The translations under genes and the position numbers were made by a program. Shown here in pieces: positions 12,805-24,894 of a stretch of 64,000 bases of DNA (positions within the stretch are counted from its first letter, which is position 1; each line of letters starts with the position of its first letter). Under the pieces are notes generated by a model. That model saw only the letters and a list, made by a program, of their open reading frames with translations, had not been told where the DNA came from and ran no database searches. This DNA comes from Kondoa subrosea (Eukaryota), in the NCBI GenBank assembly GCA_039545335.1, contig BCIN01000008.1, positions 186,001 to 250,000 on the forward strand, in the 5' to 3' direction.

Positions 12805-14842
12805 ATGGATAATCTTGGGCTGTCACGTAAACAAGCTGTTGATTTAGCCATCCGGTCTTTGAAGTCTCAGCTAGAGATTGCAAAAGCTTCATTGACTGCT
12901 GGATCTAGTCTGAGGTTCGCAAAAAGGAGAGCTGAAAGACTTCATTCGGACTGTACAAACGTGCTGAAAGCTGTCGAGGTGAGACCAGCACTAATTCACC
13001 TTCGCAATGACTCAGATTCCTCTTCTCTAGGTCGCTCTAACTGGGGGCAATGTCACTGTTGAGGCACTCCAAATCCTACAATCTACTTTCGTCAAGGTCT
13101 GCGAGATCTTTGACTGGTTATGCCATGCTACAGGTCGTGCTCTCGATCAGCAAGTCGCACACATACTGATACTAGTTCACAGTCTTTGAGTACTTTCTGC
13201 GCAAAGGTGATATCGAGTCAACTCTAGAAGCCCTCACTACGAACCTTGACCTTGCAAGAGCTGAAGCTAAACTACGAAAAGACGAAACTGAGAAGGAGCG
13301 GAAAGAGAGGACGAAAGAAAAACAATCAGATGAAGATCAATGGTTGCGTATGATGGATCGATCTACAAGAAAAAAGGAGCTGGCATTGGAAATCGCTGCT
13401 CTACCCAAACCTGAAGATGTCGCTTCCATTTTGAGTGCTTTACAAGAACTCAGGCGTAGAGAACGTTTCTTTGCAACTGGATTCGGCATTCAAGCGCAAT
13501 TCGTCCGGAACGCTTGTTCTGCTTTGGCTGGACAGCTTGGAGTAGCTACACCTCAAACACCTTCTGCTGCTTCACCGCTCATTTCACCTTACATGGCGCC
13601 GCTTAGTAGACCTCCGATTCCGATTGGTGGACAACAAGCTCGAACACCTCCTAGTCGTCAGCATACGGAAGGTAGATCAGCTCCAGTCAATGGCAATGCT
13701 CCGACTTGGTTAGATCCGCAACGATCAGCTGGTGACTTCGTTCTCGGTCATAGAGTAAGAATGCCTATCATTAATAGTGTCTTCATTCGCTTACGATAGA
13801 TATGATCTTACAGTTTCACGAGGAACCGGAACTGCTCAATCCACTTCTTCCGCCTACTCTGTACGACAATCTCCTTCGAGATGCAGCAGCCACTACTTCC
13901 CCCTTGACAAGAACACCTCCAAGAAGAGAAAATACTGGAACCAAAACGAATCTGGTCTGGCAAGATCTGGCTTCGCTCAATACTCGGGCATGGCAGCCAT
14001 TTCAACATTGGGTAAGCTCTTCTTCAGTCAGTGGTACGTAATGTAGACTGATGCCTCATTTAGCTTTTTGATGAGCCAGCTTATATGAGTCGTGCTTTCG
14101 CTGTGGATCTGCAGCAATTCTCAGTGGGCGACTATGTCAAAGTGGTTTCTGAATGGCGTTCAACAGACGGTACCTTGACTCGAGCTTTAGCAGCCAACAA
14201 GATTATTCGGTCGCGAATCGAAACTTTGCATCCTCCAGTCGGTACCAATCTCTATGTCCTCTCGGTCTTTCAAGTCAAGAGGGATATTTTTGCAGCTTGC
14301 TCACTCACTTCAACTTCAAGAAACAATCAGGTCTTACCTGTCGGCCTCATACCAGTCAATACTCTTTCGGTAACAGGAAGAAAGCCCTCTTTTGTACCTC
14401 CGATTCTATCTTTACCGATCCATCATTGCGTAGTACCTCTCATTGCTCGCTACCGCTCTACTGGTCCCGTGCAACACAAGATTGAAGGCGTTCTTACTCT
14501 CTTCTCTATCGATTTACGACTCCTGATGAGTGATACCGCACCTTGGTCTACATTTCCTTATAAGAACATGCTCCAAGCTACAAGATACGAAGAGACGATG
14601 ACTCTTGATGGACTGAGAGGGAATAGGAGTTATATTCTTGCGTTTCGAAGCCAGAACGAACAAGGACTGAATCTGACCGAACGTGAGTGAATTGCTCGTT
14701 TTGGCTGTTCGTATCAGCTAAGTCGGTTGCGATTGTCACAGTTGTGTTTGATTCGGAAATTGAAAGAGCCAATTTGCTAGTTGATGTTTTAAGACTTTGT
14801 CCGACTTTCCCTCTTCTTGACAGGCCAACGCAAAGATGGTAA
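12805..14842 (+). CDS. Hypothetical multidomain protein: MLKL-like N-terminal helical bundle and brace, Pro-rich linker, SH3-like and PH-like C-terminal modules
   Basis: Phase-consistent exons (introns 12979-13030, 13134-13182, ~13755-13813, ~14012-14063, ~14683-14741) give one continuous protein ending DRPTQRW* at 14842. Domain calls are by visual motif similarity only. Confidence 0.65.
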
Positions 14843-14954
14843 AGTCGAGTATTTGGTCAGGTTCACAGGATGATGAGGTATAGTAACAGTCAAAAGGTCT
14901 AATAGCAAACGTTTGTACTAGTATTAGGGGATTCCTTGTACATTAGAGCGAATT

Positions 14955-15745
14955 TTAATCGATCATCATATCTGCTTCCTTCTTGCCCTTCTTCAACCTC
15001 TTTGCTCTCGCGTCCGCAATCATACTATCTGCAAACCCATCTTCTTTCGCCCTTGAGGAAGGTTTGACTTCTTCAAATCCTTTCGGTTTTGCGAAAGTGT
15101 TGGCTGGTAGATTATGCTTGATCACGCGAGCAGCTACAGGATTGAGTTCGCGTTTCCGTTTACTATCTGGTCTTAATGTTGTGGAAACATCTTCGTCCGA
15201 AGAAGCAGAATCGCTATCTTGTCTCCTTTCTTCATCATCTTCTTCTGCTTTCGCTTTACCCTTCTCTTTCTTTACCTATACGTGAAGTTCAGCCGAAGTG
15301 GAATGAATGATAGGCAAAGAAGGAGACGCACTTGACCGAAAGTTTTCCTTCCTGATTGACTATCTTTTGCTGCACCAGCTTGGCGAGGATAGGAGATGAG
15401 AAGACAGGGGAAAGATGAGTAAGAAGATTCGTAGACGATCTTGACCTGTTGTTGAGGACTGAATCGTAGCATCAGAACAGGTACAAGGCGACAGGATACT
15501 TTATTCAGGCAGATGGAACGGACGATGGAGCAGACGGCAAACTAGAGAGACTTACTTCTTACTAGATCCCTGAGCCACTACTGTAGGAAACGGCGCTTGC
15601 TCTTTCGCATCACTTGCTGGCTGAGGTTTGCGCTGCATGAATTTCAAATTCATGGTGTTGGACTGGTGGACAGGGAATCAGTCTGAGGGTCTTGTGCACG
15701 TCGAAGAGTGCCTACAGAAAGCGTCTTGCCCGTCTTTGATGCCAT
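14955..15745 (-). CDS. MPP6: Mpp6-like nuclear exosome cofactor
   Basis: Not a single ORF. Spliced start MASKTGKTLS/SNTMNLKFMQRK matches the Mpp6-type LSxxxxxMKFMQR motif, the middle has SGRKTFG (GRxSFG motif), and the Lys/Glu-rich tail ends EADMMID*. Confidence 0.65.
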
Positions 15746-15842
15746 TCTGTCCGTTCGCCTCGCTGTGTGTGACCAAGCAACCTTCAACCTGGAACAGCAA
15801 CCCTACATGCACCTGTAACTCATTTACGGGGCGTGTACGAAG
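15746..15842. promoter_or_regulatory. 97-bp bidirectional promoter region between the MPP6-like gene (-) and BBC1 (+)
   Basis: Head-to-head predicted start codons at 15745 and 15843. Confidence 0.55.
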
Positions 15843-18800
15843 ATGGTGGACTATCCATACACTGCTGTAGCTCAGCTCAAGTTCAAAGCACCGCCTGGAT
15901 CCTCGGATGCATTGTCATTCGCGAAGGGGGATACAATTGAGGTGCTAGGTCTGGCGGATGACGATGGCGAATGGCTACGAGGCAAAGACTCGGCAGGCAA
16001 CGAGGGCATCTGTGAGTTGGACTGTGCTTCGGTATAGACGGCACGCTTAAATGTTGATTGCAATCTGCAGTCCCAGAGCAATTCGTCGAGAAGATAGACA
16101 TATCTGAAGCTGTTGGTCAAGATCAGCCTGTCACTGTCACTGCGCTCGAGGCTGAATCCAACAAAGCCGAAGAAGCGAAACCAGTCGAACAGATCTCCGC
16201 ACCGACTATCAAGGCTAGCGCTGCACCAAAGCCTGCAGCGAACAGATTTCCAGAAGACTCAACACCACCTAAAGCCACTGGTAATTCTTTCCGCGACAGA
16301 ATTGCAGCTTTCAACAAACCTGCTGCTTCGACCGGTCCTCCGCCAATCAAGAGCAAACCTCCTACAATAGGCAAGAAACCTGTACCAGTACCAACGGCAT
16401 CTTCTTCTTCCGATCAGCCTAAGCCAGAAGGCAACGCCGCTTCCCAAGGTCTTTCAGCTAGCGATGCGAAAGAGTCAATCGCCAAAGGTGGTGGAAGTCT
16501 CAAAGATCGAATAGCAGCTTTGCAAGGTGGCTTCAATGCTCAAGCTATGCAACCTCCTGTTCCCGGTAAAGCGGGACCGCCCAAGCCTTGGAAGAAACCT
16601 GCTGTCACTTCACCTCCAGTTGTTGATGATGAGAAACAACCTATTCTTAGCTCGAGCACCGAAGAATCAACAATAGCTACCAAGGATAAGGAGAGCAGTG
16701 AAATACCAGAAGAGAAACCTTCTTTGTCAATTGACACTGAGACCGATCAATCTCAAAGTCAAGCATCAGCTGCTTCGAATGATTCATCTACTCGAATTGT
16801 TACTCCTCCGACAACTGTACCTATGCCTGCTATTCCACGTCGTGCGGGCCCACCAAGACGAAAAGCAACTACAGCAACTAAAGTTGAAGATCAACCCAGT
16901 ACAATCCCAAAGGAATCACAACCTGCTACCGAAACCGGTGAAAATCGTCAAGTTCCAATCTCTGAACAACCCATATCACCTTTAATCAAAGAAACGTTAG
17001 CTGATGAACCGGCAGAAGATCTTTCTTTACTCTCCCCTACAAACGAGAGCAAGAGAATTTCTTTACAAGCTCCTCCTTCTCCAGCTAGACATAGCAGAAC
17101 TTCTTCTTCCGATTCGTTGCAGCCTCCTAGTCCTCTGCATAAACCCAGTTTACCAATGCCTTTCGATCGGGAAGAGGGAATGGAGGCCAAAGATGCTTTA
17201 CCTGGTAGTGAAGGCACAGGAGCGGCAATGGATATGGATGAGATTGATCAAGATGAAGAGATCGGCGAGACGAAGGAGAAGGAAGCAATTGATGATGTCA
17301 GTGATGGCATACAAAAGCTAGATGTCCAGGATGAAGAGGATGAGGAGGCGAAGAGGAAGGAAGCTTTAATGAAAAGAATGGCTGCTATGGGTGGAATGAA
17401 GATAGGTGAGATTTTGTCTTGGTCATTGTTAGGATTAGAGTCTGATGTCCGGCTTCACAGGCGCTCCTATGATACCACCTGTTCGAAAGATGCCTCAAAA
17501 AGAAGAAGATGTCGTTCCTCCAGCAAAGGACACCTCACAAGATAATGAAGAGAAATCTGAACCTGTCGTTGTGCCGACTCGCTTGCCTCCGCCTCCAGCT
17601 AAACCCGCTTCTGACAACGAGGAGGAAGAGGAAGAAGATGATGAAGAGATTGAAGAACCTCCTCCACCACCGGCTCGAGCTTTACCTACACAGGTACAAG
17701 ATTCATCTCACATTGATGATGCAAATCTGCATGATCGTGAAGACAGCGATCCTTCTGTCCCAAGTCGAATGGCTGAGGAACAAGAACTGGAGGCAGGTGA
17801 TGAGGACAAGCCTGCACCTCCGCCTCGTGCTCGCGCTCTACCTCAATTACCAGTAGTATCTCAAGAAGTCGAAGAATCTGAAGCAATCAATCAGAACAAA
17901 CCTGACGATGCGTCAAGTGAAGCTTCTCACACAGACATTGCGCCGCCGCCGCCTGCTAGAGCTTTACCTCGGCCTTTACCAATCCATGATGATAGCAGCA
18001 TGAGCATGAAGGATGCTACATTCCCTTCTTCGCGTCAACAGCCGGAAGAAGAAGAAATTGTGCCTGCAGTTCCTACTCGCAAGCCAAATTTACCACCCAT
18101 AGCAACAGGCAATCGACCAGCTGTGCCTACTGCGCGCAGATACTCGCAAGATGTGACTTCTCCTACCATGCAAGCGACTTATCCGGAAGAAACGAATGTT
18201 ACTTCTCCCAGAAGATCTCCATCTTTCGCACGAAGCGGTACACCTACTTCGCCTCGACCGCCAATCCCTCAATCTCACTCTCGCACGCAATCTATGGTCT
18301 TCGAAGATGAACCAACTTCACCCATCGGTAGCGGATTGATGCGAAAGCCCAGCACTGGTTCCCCAAGACCGCCTGTTCCTCAACATCGTCTGTCAATGAG
18401 CGGAGATGAAGGTCTCAGATCTCCTCCCTTATCTCCCCGAATGACCGAATCTTCCTCTACACCTTTCCGGGCTGAAAGAGAACCGTCTGTACAGGAGGAA
18501 GAGAGCCTCGAACCAGGCGCAGAGACTTCAACTGTTGAACAGCCTACAGAAGAAGTGAATGAGGAGGATGAAGAGGCCAGTAGAAGACAACGGATCGCTG
18601 CCAGAATGGCCAAATTGGGAGGTATGAAAATGGGTATATTCAGTGCAGAGCGAATTTAAGCGATAAAGAAGCTGACTCGGATATACAGGTATGCTGCCAA
18701 TGCAAGGAGGACCCAAAGCATTAAGCAGACAAGCTTCAGAACAGGAAGACACTGAATCACCTATCGACCAGCCAGCAGAAAAGCGCTCTCTGCCTGCACA

Positions 18801-19935
18801 GGGAGGCTTTGCTTTGCCTGGTATTGCAATGCCTCGCCCTCCACCCCGTATACCTACTCCTGAACCAGAAATAGAGTATGAAGACGAGCCAGAAAAATCA
18901 AGCCAAATTGAAGAGGAAGAACCACTACCGGTTTCTTCTCCTATCTCTTCTAGACCTCCTGTACCTGCACCTACTCGAGCGCCTCCTGCCATAGATACAA
19001 CTTCGAATAATCGGATTAGTCAACCTTCGCCGACGATGCCGCTTTCGCCTCAATTCTCGCCTGCCACAACGAGACCACCAGGTGGACATAGTAGGCAATC
19101 CTCTACTGCAGATCGAGCACCCTTGTCGCCTTCCTTTACCGATGATGAAGATCGTCGATCTTTCATTGACATGCAATCTCAAGATGGTTCGCATGAATCT
19201 GAGGGAGGACATTCGGCAGTCTCGCCTCCTGTGGTACACAGAGATCTTCCAGCTGTGCCTACTCGCACATCCACAGAGCAAAGCAGAGCTTCAATGGACC
19301 GATCTTCAATGGACCGGTCTCGAGCTTCAATGGATCGAAGTCGGTCTTCGCTTGATCAATCTAGAGCTCAAGTAGCTCCTTTATCATCAGTGGAACCAAG
19401 CAACTTCTCTTCGGCTGATCTCATTACTTTTTCCGAACGTCTTGGTGCACAGGTGTTCGCAAAAGCCCGATCCAAGTCAAAGGAGAATAACAGATGGCAA
19501 GGCGATTCGGGACCAGCGAACTTTGTGGCTGCTGTTCTCTCTGAAGTACCTGAAGCTAGACAACCTATCAATTTCGAATATGGCGCATGCATCTGGTCTT
19601 CCAAACAGGGCACAATGCCTTCAGCTTCAGATGTTCGATTGGGCGATATCTTTGTAGCTCATCATGCAAAGATGAAGAGTCGGGGTTTGGGTGGCTCTAC
19701 CCCTTTGGGGACCGCAAATGCGCCTTTCGTTGCAATTGTTTCTGACGATTTCGATACCAAGAAGAACAAGATTCGCGTCTTTGAAGTACAGCAAGGCAAG
19801 GTTGAGTCAGGTGGTCATCATTTGGACTTCCTCAAAGAGGGTTTACTTCAGGTAAGAGCGTGTTTCGATTTGATGGATACATTCTCATTCTTACTGTCTA
19901 CAAAGATTTACCGAGTAGTACCGTCCAGCATTTGA
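15843..19935 (+). CDS. BBC1: Bbc1/Mti1-like myosin tail region-interacting SH3 protein
   Basis: N-terminal SH3 (LSFAKGDTIEV..DGEWLRG..GNEGI), SFRDRIAAF and SLKDRIAAL motifs, long Pro/Glu-rich region, two RMAxxGG motifs, and a C-terminal globular Bbc1/Aim3-type domain (YGACIW..VRLGDIFV..KKNKIRVFE..G.LQIYRVV). Confidence 0.85.
19283..19368 (+). repeat. Degenerate coding tandem repeat (SRASMDR/SSMDR/SRASMDR/SRSSLDQ) in BBC1
   Basis: The nucleotide unit cttcaatgga[c/t]cg occurs three times plus one diverged copy. Confidence 0.75.
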
Positions 19936-20074
19936 TAGCATACACAGTAAGGGGACACTTTTAGGAAACAAGTTGTACATAGCATACAAATGAGTTGCAT
20001 GATCCTCTGATCCAGTTTGTAGTACTCTTTGTTACGTGGCCGTGACATGCCTTGAATCCCAGAACAGTGATACC

Positions 20075-23000
20075 ATGACCTCTGAGTCTGTCATCCGCAA
20101 CGCTAGAGACTTCTTCTCGCTCTCTCGAAGTGCAACGCCTGCTCTACAAACAAATGTCAAAGAGTCACCCATTTCCGCACCGCTGGGCATTCAAAGTACC
20201 AGAGACCAGCCTATAGTGATAGGTGTACCTCTAAATGACCTTGAATGGCCTAGTCTGCCTCCTCCCGACGAGACATCAGCTGAAAACAGCTCAGACGAGT
20301 CTGAGTCTGAAGAAGCGATAACGCTCGACGAAGATGAGGACGATGGTGGTCTCTGGAAGAAGGCCGCAAAGTCGGAGCAGAGATCTCATGCCAAAAAGCA
20401 CTACTTCCAGCAAGCGAAACCAGATTGGCTGAAGAGTCCTAGGGTCACTTGTATGGCTGCGTGTCGCATCAGAGGACGCTCAGTCGTCTTCACGGGCAGC
20501 GAAGATGGCACTGTTCGACTGTTCCGCTCTTTCCCTCCTGACGAAGCATCGAGTGTACCGCGACCCTCTTCACCTGAAGTCCTTTCTCTCCCTAGTGGAC
20601 CTCTGCTGTCAACTCTCCTCATCACTAAGCAGAGGAGGCTTGTTTCTTCTTCTCAACCTCCGTCTCGTTCATCAAGAGCTTCGTCCCCTCCAGAGTCGGT
20701 TGTGTCTTCTCGATCAGCGCAAACGACGGAAACGAGTCCGACCATCAAAACTCATCGACCTCGCAAAGCATCAGCCACGGTCTCAGTAAGCGAATATGAA
20801 GCTTTCTCCGCTTCAAAAGAAGAAGGCCAACCAAGTTCATCAGCTACAAGACGAAGTTCAGATTTGCAAACGCTTACAAGCACTCTCATGCCTGGTCTGG
20901 CCGCCTCTTCCGGCCGCAGAGCAAGTACGGTCATGACGAGAAGTCTTCTTTCGGAAGAATGGTGTTCTGATCAAGATGCTGAGCAAGAAATTCTTCAAGA
21001 CCAAACACCGCTAGAAGAGGAGGAATCCGCCGAAACAGAAGAAAGTCCGGATGAATCCCTGACTATGGTCCATGAAGTGTATTCTTCTAATCAATCGCCA
21101 GCCGTTGATATACGAATATACGTCAACGAGAAAAAGTCCAATTCGCCGTACGATGATGCTTTCGCTGTCGTATCGCATGAAGACGGAACGATAGTTCGAC
21201 GAGCATGTAGCGACGCTGCCGAAATATCAACAGTCTCACTGCGATCTAGCTCGTCGGAAGGCAATATCAAAATTGCTTCTGTTCTTCAACTGAATCCGGT
21301 AGGTAGTATCATAGCATTGTCGTTGCCTTGTTGAAGAAGGCTCACAGGCAACTCTCCTTTTACGATCTGCTCACTCCAATCAGGCCTTTCTCTGTAATAT
21401 CGCAACCTCCGAAACCCGACCTGTAACAATGCCAGATTGTCGTTATATCGCAGCAACTGCCTCGAATGGTGAGCGATCTTGCTTTCTGCTTGTATCGATA
21501 CTCATCTCTGTTGCTAGATTCCTCGGTTTACGCCCTCACTCTTGAAGGCAGTTTTCAGCGTCTTGTAATAGATGAACAAAGTAATGAAGTATCAGTCCAA
21601 GTGAAATTAGCCTTCTCTACCCCTCTGCTTCCCAACAGCAAGATAATTTTCCTTTCGAATACTGTCGCAGTGACCTGGAACAAATTGGGCGTTCAAATTT
21701 GGCAATTTCTCGAACACTCTGAATCACTTGTACATCAGCAGAATTTCGCAGCTCCGATCAAAGAGGTTGTACGAGTGTCAGAGACCTCATTCACTGTTAT
21801 ACATCTGGTTAGCTTTCTATCTCAATACTTGAATCAGCTAATAGCTAGAGCAGGATTGCATACAAATATGTAGCATAGCAAGAGAAGCCGAAGATAGTGG
21901 GAAAGTCTTGACTGCTTCTAGCCATATCTTCGGCGGCGAATATGAAAGCATAAGCAAATTCAGCGGTCTTTCTAGCGATGCTTACTTTGTCTTGGCGACT
22001 GTGGAAGAAGGAGAGCGCAAGCTATCTCTGCTATTTCTTCCTGCGTTTCAGGCTTCGGAACTAGCGCACGTGTCAAGCAGGATGTCGGGTCCTGTTACTG
22101 CTGCTATTCTTCTTGACAATGATCGGCTAGCAGCGGCTTATTGTATGTTCTCAGCGCAACTGAAATGCATCTGTTTGATATCTCGTGATAGCCACTGGTC
22201 ATATCGCATCTTTTGCTTCTGAAGCACTTCTCAACCCGGCGACTGTACTCAATCTGACTTCTGAGCGCTTCGATCTGGCTTCTCATGCATCAATCAACTG
22301 TTTGTGCCTTGTATCAGCGAAACATTGGCTTGCTTTCGGGACTACAGATGGCTCGATTGGGCTCTTGGACCAGAAGTGAGTCATGTCAGCCGTTTGTGTA
22401 GGTAACTAAATCAGACGAAGGACATTCGAAACTATCAACTTCTGGCGATTGTTCGCAAGTCCTGTGGCAGCCATCAAATTGCTCCAAGACGACTGCCTCG
22501 GACAGCTCAACGGCTCCGTATTTGCGCAGGCCGCAGACGGTTCTGTCGCGATATACCAAACTTCTACCGATAACATGTAGGTCGTTCCTGCTCTGGCGGG
22601 CTTACCGACTAATAAATTTGAATAGGGTGCAAATCCCTCCTGCAAAATCCTCTTTGCGCTCGCTTCACATCGGTGAGGATCAGATCTTACTAGTATACGA
22701 ATCTGGTAATGCACGCCTGTATCATCAATCGGATCAAATTTGGGAGATGCGCCGATCGGTGACTTCGGAAAAGGCTGAAGAGCTGTTGGCGGATGGAACG
22801 AAATGGCTTCCGATAATGGCTCAAAGATGTCAACCTGCTAGTGAGTTGTCAATTGAACAGCAACTGCACACTGACGCGACGACGAGCCAGTTCTTTCTTG
22901 TGACTTTCGCTCTGCCATTCAAGCTCCAAATCGAGGTACTGAAGAGCAAGCCGATCCACTTCAGCAGAAGACATACGCCAAAGAACATCTACCGCTAATA

Positions 23001-24798
23001 CGATTCCTTGCTAGTCGTTACTTGTCAAGCGGTCTCAGTGTTACCATTGATGACATTGCTGCGAATTATCTCCATATTCCTAATGAATCACGCCTTCAAT
23101 CGGCTTATCTAGATAGAAACACATGGAGCGTATCAACGTCCAACAAGTCTAAGCTGTCTTGGTCGATATCTCGACAAGAAACCGCAAAACGTCTTTTCCT
23201 CCTGCAATCGTTGGCTCGCAGTTTTCTCAACTTTGCAGGTATGATTATTTGAGCGTGCTCATATCTGACTGATAATATAATCAGAGATCGAACGAGAAGT
23301 CACCGAGCTAATTACTTTTTATGCATCTTTCCTCTCGGAAAGAATTGGATCTACTTTCGCTCAACCGGATCTCGGTTTCTTGGCTACTTTCTGGTTTGAC
23401 TCGATTCGAGATGTGCAAGAATCTGCGCAACTTATCTTTGGTACGACTGTTTCAAGCTTTGATGATGTGACATTGGCCAATGAAGCCCAGTACTGGCATG
23501 GAAAACGTAAGGCTGTGTATTGCGCATTTAAACTATCTCATGGAACCTGTAGTCACCCAATCTACATCTACATCTGTCGTTTGGCGTCCACTCCTCGTAC
23601 TAGGTCTAATAGCAGTCGAAAGAGTCGTGGTGCTCACAGCAGGGTACGTTTGCAGCGATATTCAAATGAACAGATGGCTCACGTGTGACCTAGCATGCTG
23701 AAAGATGTCTCGGATAAAATATACGAAGGACTACAACAGGATCATGACTCAAATCTACAAATGACCGCTGTTGAGCTCTGTTCCCGTGGCTTCGCGACAT
23801 GGCAGCATTACGTTGACGCGGTGAGTCATGTTCTGCTTCAGCCTCGTATCGCGCTTCAACTGCTGCTGTAGGTTACTCTTGTTCAGACCCTGTTTGCCCT
23901 GTCTACGGGAGAGCAAGCGCAAACGAGACCCGAGATTCGCGCCCTGAGCGGCAAAGCTATCTTGCAGGTAGCAGCTGTCAATACGCAACTTTTCATGGCG
24001 ACACTCGCTTTTGATGTTTTACATACACAAAGTGTTTCGCATCGAATAGCTACGATGCGCCTTGTAGGCTTCATGATCCGCAAAAAGCCGCTAGTGATGT
24101 TACCAACAGTTCGTACTTTTGCTCCTCAGCTGGCGTAATTGACATGCTACAATTTAGTTGCCCAAATTGGCCGAGGCTGTTGTCAAGTCGCTTGATCCAT
24201 CCAACTCGGCTTTACGTTCCACTGTCCAACAAACAGCAACGGTAATGCTCGGTGAATTAGTCAAGACTTATCCAACCATCGACTTCCATCGCGGCACACA
24301 AAGACTTGTCGTTGGTACCAACGAAGGTACGTCTAGAGCTGTGACGCGTAGCATGCTTTGATTAGCAACAGGTGCATGCATCATGTATGATCTCAAGACG
24401 GCAACACGGCTATACGTCCTTGAATCCCATTCTCGTGCCGTCACGGCATGCTCTTTCTCTTCAGACGGACGTAGATTAGTCAGCGTATCGGTAGAAGAAT
24501 CACGATTTTCTGCCTGGAAAGTTGGCAGCAGTTTGCTAGGCATGCTCACACCGGGTCAAGCACCGCGACAAGGCAACAACAATCACGAACCCTACAAGTC
24601 TATACCCTTTACATTGACCGGAGGTGAGTACAGCTGACTGCTTATCTTTCCTTTGATCGTCTTGAGCTCGAAATTTCGCCAGGTATTGGTCTATTGTCAC
24701 CTGCTTCAATGCTGTCTTGGGTCACGATAGAATGGCCGACAGCCAGAAGTGTCAAGCTGCTGATCAAAGACGCTGCCTTTGCCTTTAGTATCGAATGA
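20075..24798 (+). CDS. WD40-repeat protein, WDR7/WDR72 (rabconnectin-3 beta)-like
   Basis: N-terminal WD motif VVFTGSEDGTVRLF. The C-terminus LPKLAEAVVKSLDP..LVKTYPTIDFHRGTQRLVVGT..IMYDLKTATRLYVLESH..ACSFSSDGRRLVSVS..WKVG is characteristic of WDR7 homologues. Many introns. Confidence 0.8.
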
Positions 24799-24894
24799 AT
24801 GATGAGTGATGTTGCATAAATACATTGTTGTACAATGAGCGGTGCTTGGGCTTCTAGGGACTATTTTACATCTACCGTTGTATTCTAAAGTGTT

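Noticed and set aside
16113..19657. Many overlapping alternative-frame and antisense ORFs within BBC1 (likewise in SLA1, HSP78, RICTOR and DUF2461)
   Set aside because: These are shadow ORFs caused by low-complexity codon usage; they have no motifs or independent splice structure.
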